From contig NC_042998.1 of NCBI RefSeq assembly GCF_006345805.1, positions 159,464,001 through 159,528,000 of the forward strand: a DNA stretch of 64,000 bases, written 5' to 3'. This document shows positions 63,409 through 64,000 of the stretch, piece by piece. Below the pieces are notes generated by a model. That model saw only the letters and a program-made list of their open reading frames with translations, made no database searches and was not told the DNA's origin. Positions within the stretch are counted from its first letter, which is position 1; each line of letters starts with the position of its first letter. The translations under genes were made by a program, and so were the position numbers. Source of the stretch: Octopus sinensis (Eukaryota).

Positions 63409-63667
63409 GTATATATATCTCACTTTCTCCCCATCCATCATCCTCTTGTACTGTCTTATATTCCTCCCCACCACTACAAACTCAATACCACTATAAAATG
63501 GTCAAAGCTTTTTTCACAGGAACTTAGTTCGATTTGAAAACCCCACTAGAATGGGAGAAAGCGCTAATACATGATCTAAGTTATATGATGTATAAAAACA
63601 TGTAATATACAAATAAATATCTGTAAATATAAAACCATCCAAATTTCTGAGTACCTCATTTCTTCTA

Positions 63668-63752
<85 letters not shown>

Positions 63753-64000
63753 CATTATTGGATGGAGGCTTTGCTGCTATTGCTTGATGGTTGAGTGACC
63801 ACACATAGGCACACATGCACACACGTTTTTTTTAATGAATATTTAGCTGAAGTAATACTGTGACTCAAGGTCTGAGGGTTTCATGTGTTGACACTTACCT
63901 AACTAGTTGCAGGTCAAAGCCTTGTGAATTTATATATCTACAGCATGATTAGCTCTAATCAACATACCTATAAATATGAATGGATGGAAGCACTCTGTCG

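Noticed and set aside
63899-63967. 69-nt minus-strand exon with a strong AG|GTAAGT donor
   Set aside because: Stops in all three frames and the acceptor doubles as a donor-like site; it could only be a non-coding exon and cannot be supported without RNA data.

Overview
AT-rich, microsatellite-dense eukaryotic DNA made almost entirely of transposable-element debris. The SINE families and repeat landscape look like an octopus (coleoid cephalopod) intron or intergenic region; this is recognised from memory, not a database match. I found no intact host protein-coding gene, rRNA, tRNA gene or CRISPR array, and most ORFs in the supplied track are microsatellite artefacts. Recognisable content: two Tc1 and four mariner remnants, a hAT (Buster/Charlie-type) transposase pseudogene, Helitron fragments (5' end, PIF1 helicase), RTE-1-like, RTE-BovB-like and Tx1/L1-like LINE fragments, at least 25 tRNA-derived SINE copies, and about ten Penelope-like element (PLE) remnants. 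One PLE is near full length (5266-9538) and several have inverted terminal arms. The main result, read by hand from the sequence, is a dense and diverse set of type I hammerhead-ribozyme motifs in or near PLE-type terminal repeats: about 9 loci and 13 copies in 64 kb. They include intact cores, recurring core variants (CCGAAGA; CUGUGGA+A; an extra nucleotide before GAAA), palindromic dimer-type stem III, and a 520-bp palindromic mini-element carrying two antiparallel hammerheads. PLE-associated hammerheads are an established class; the density, the variants and the palindromic mini-elements are what may be new. No folding or activity was computed. Boundaries of decayed repeats are approximate (about 10-30 bp).
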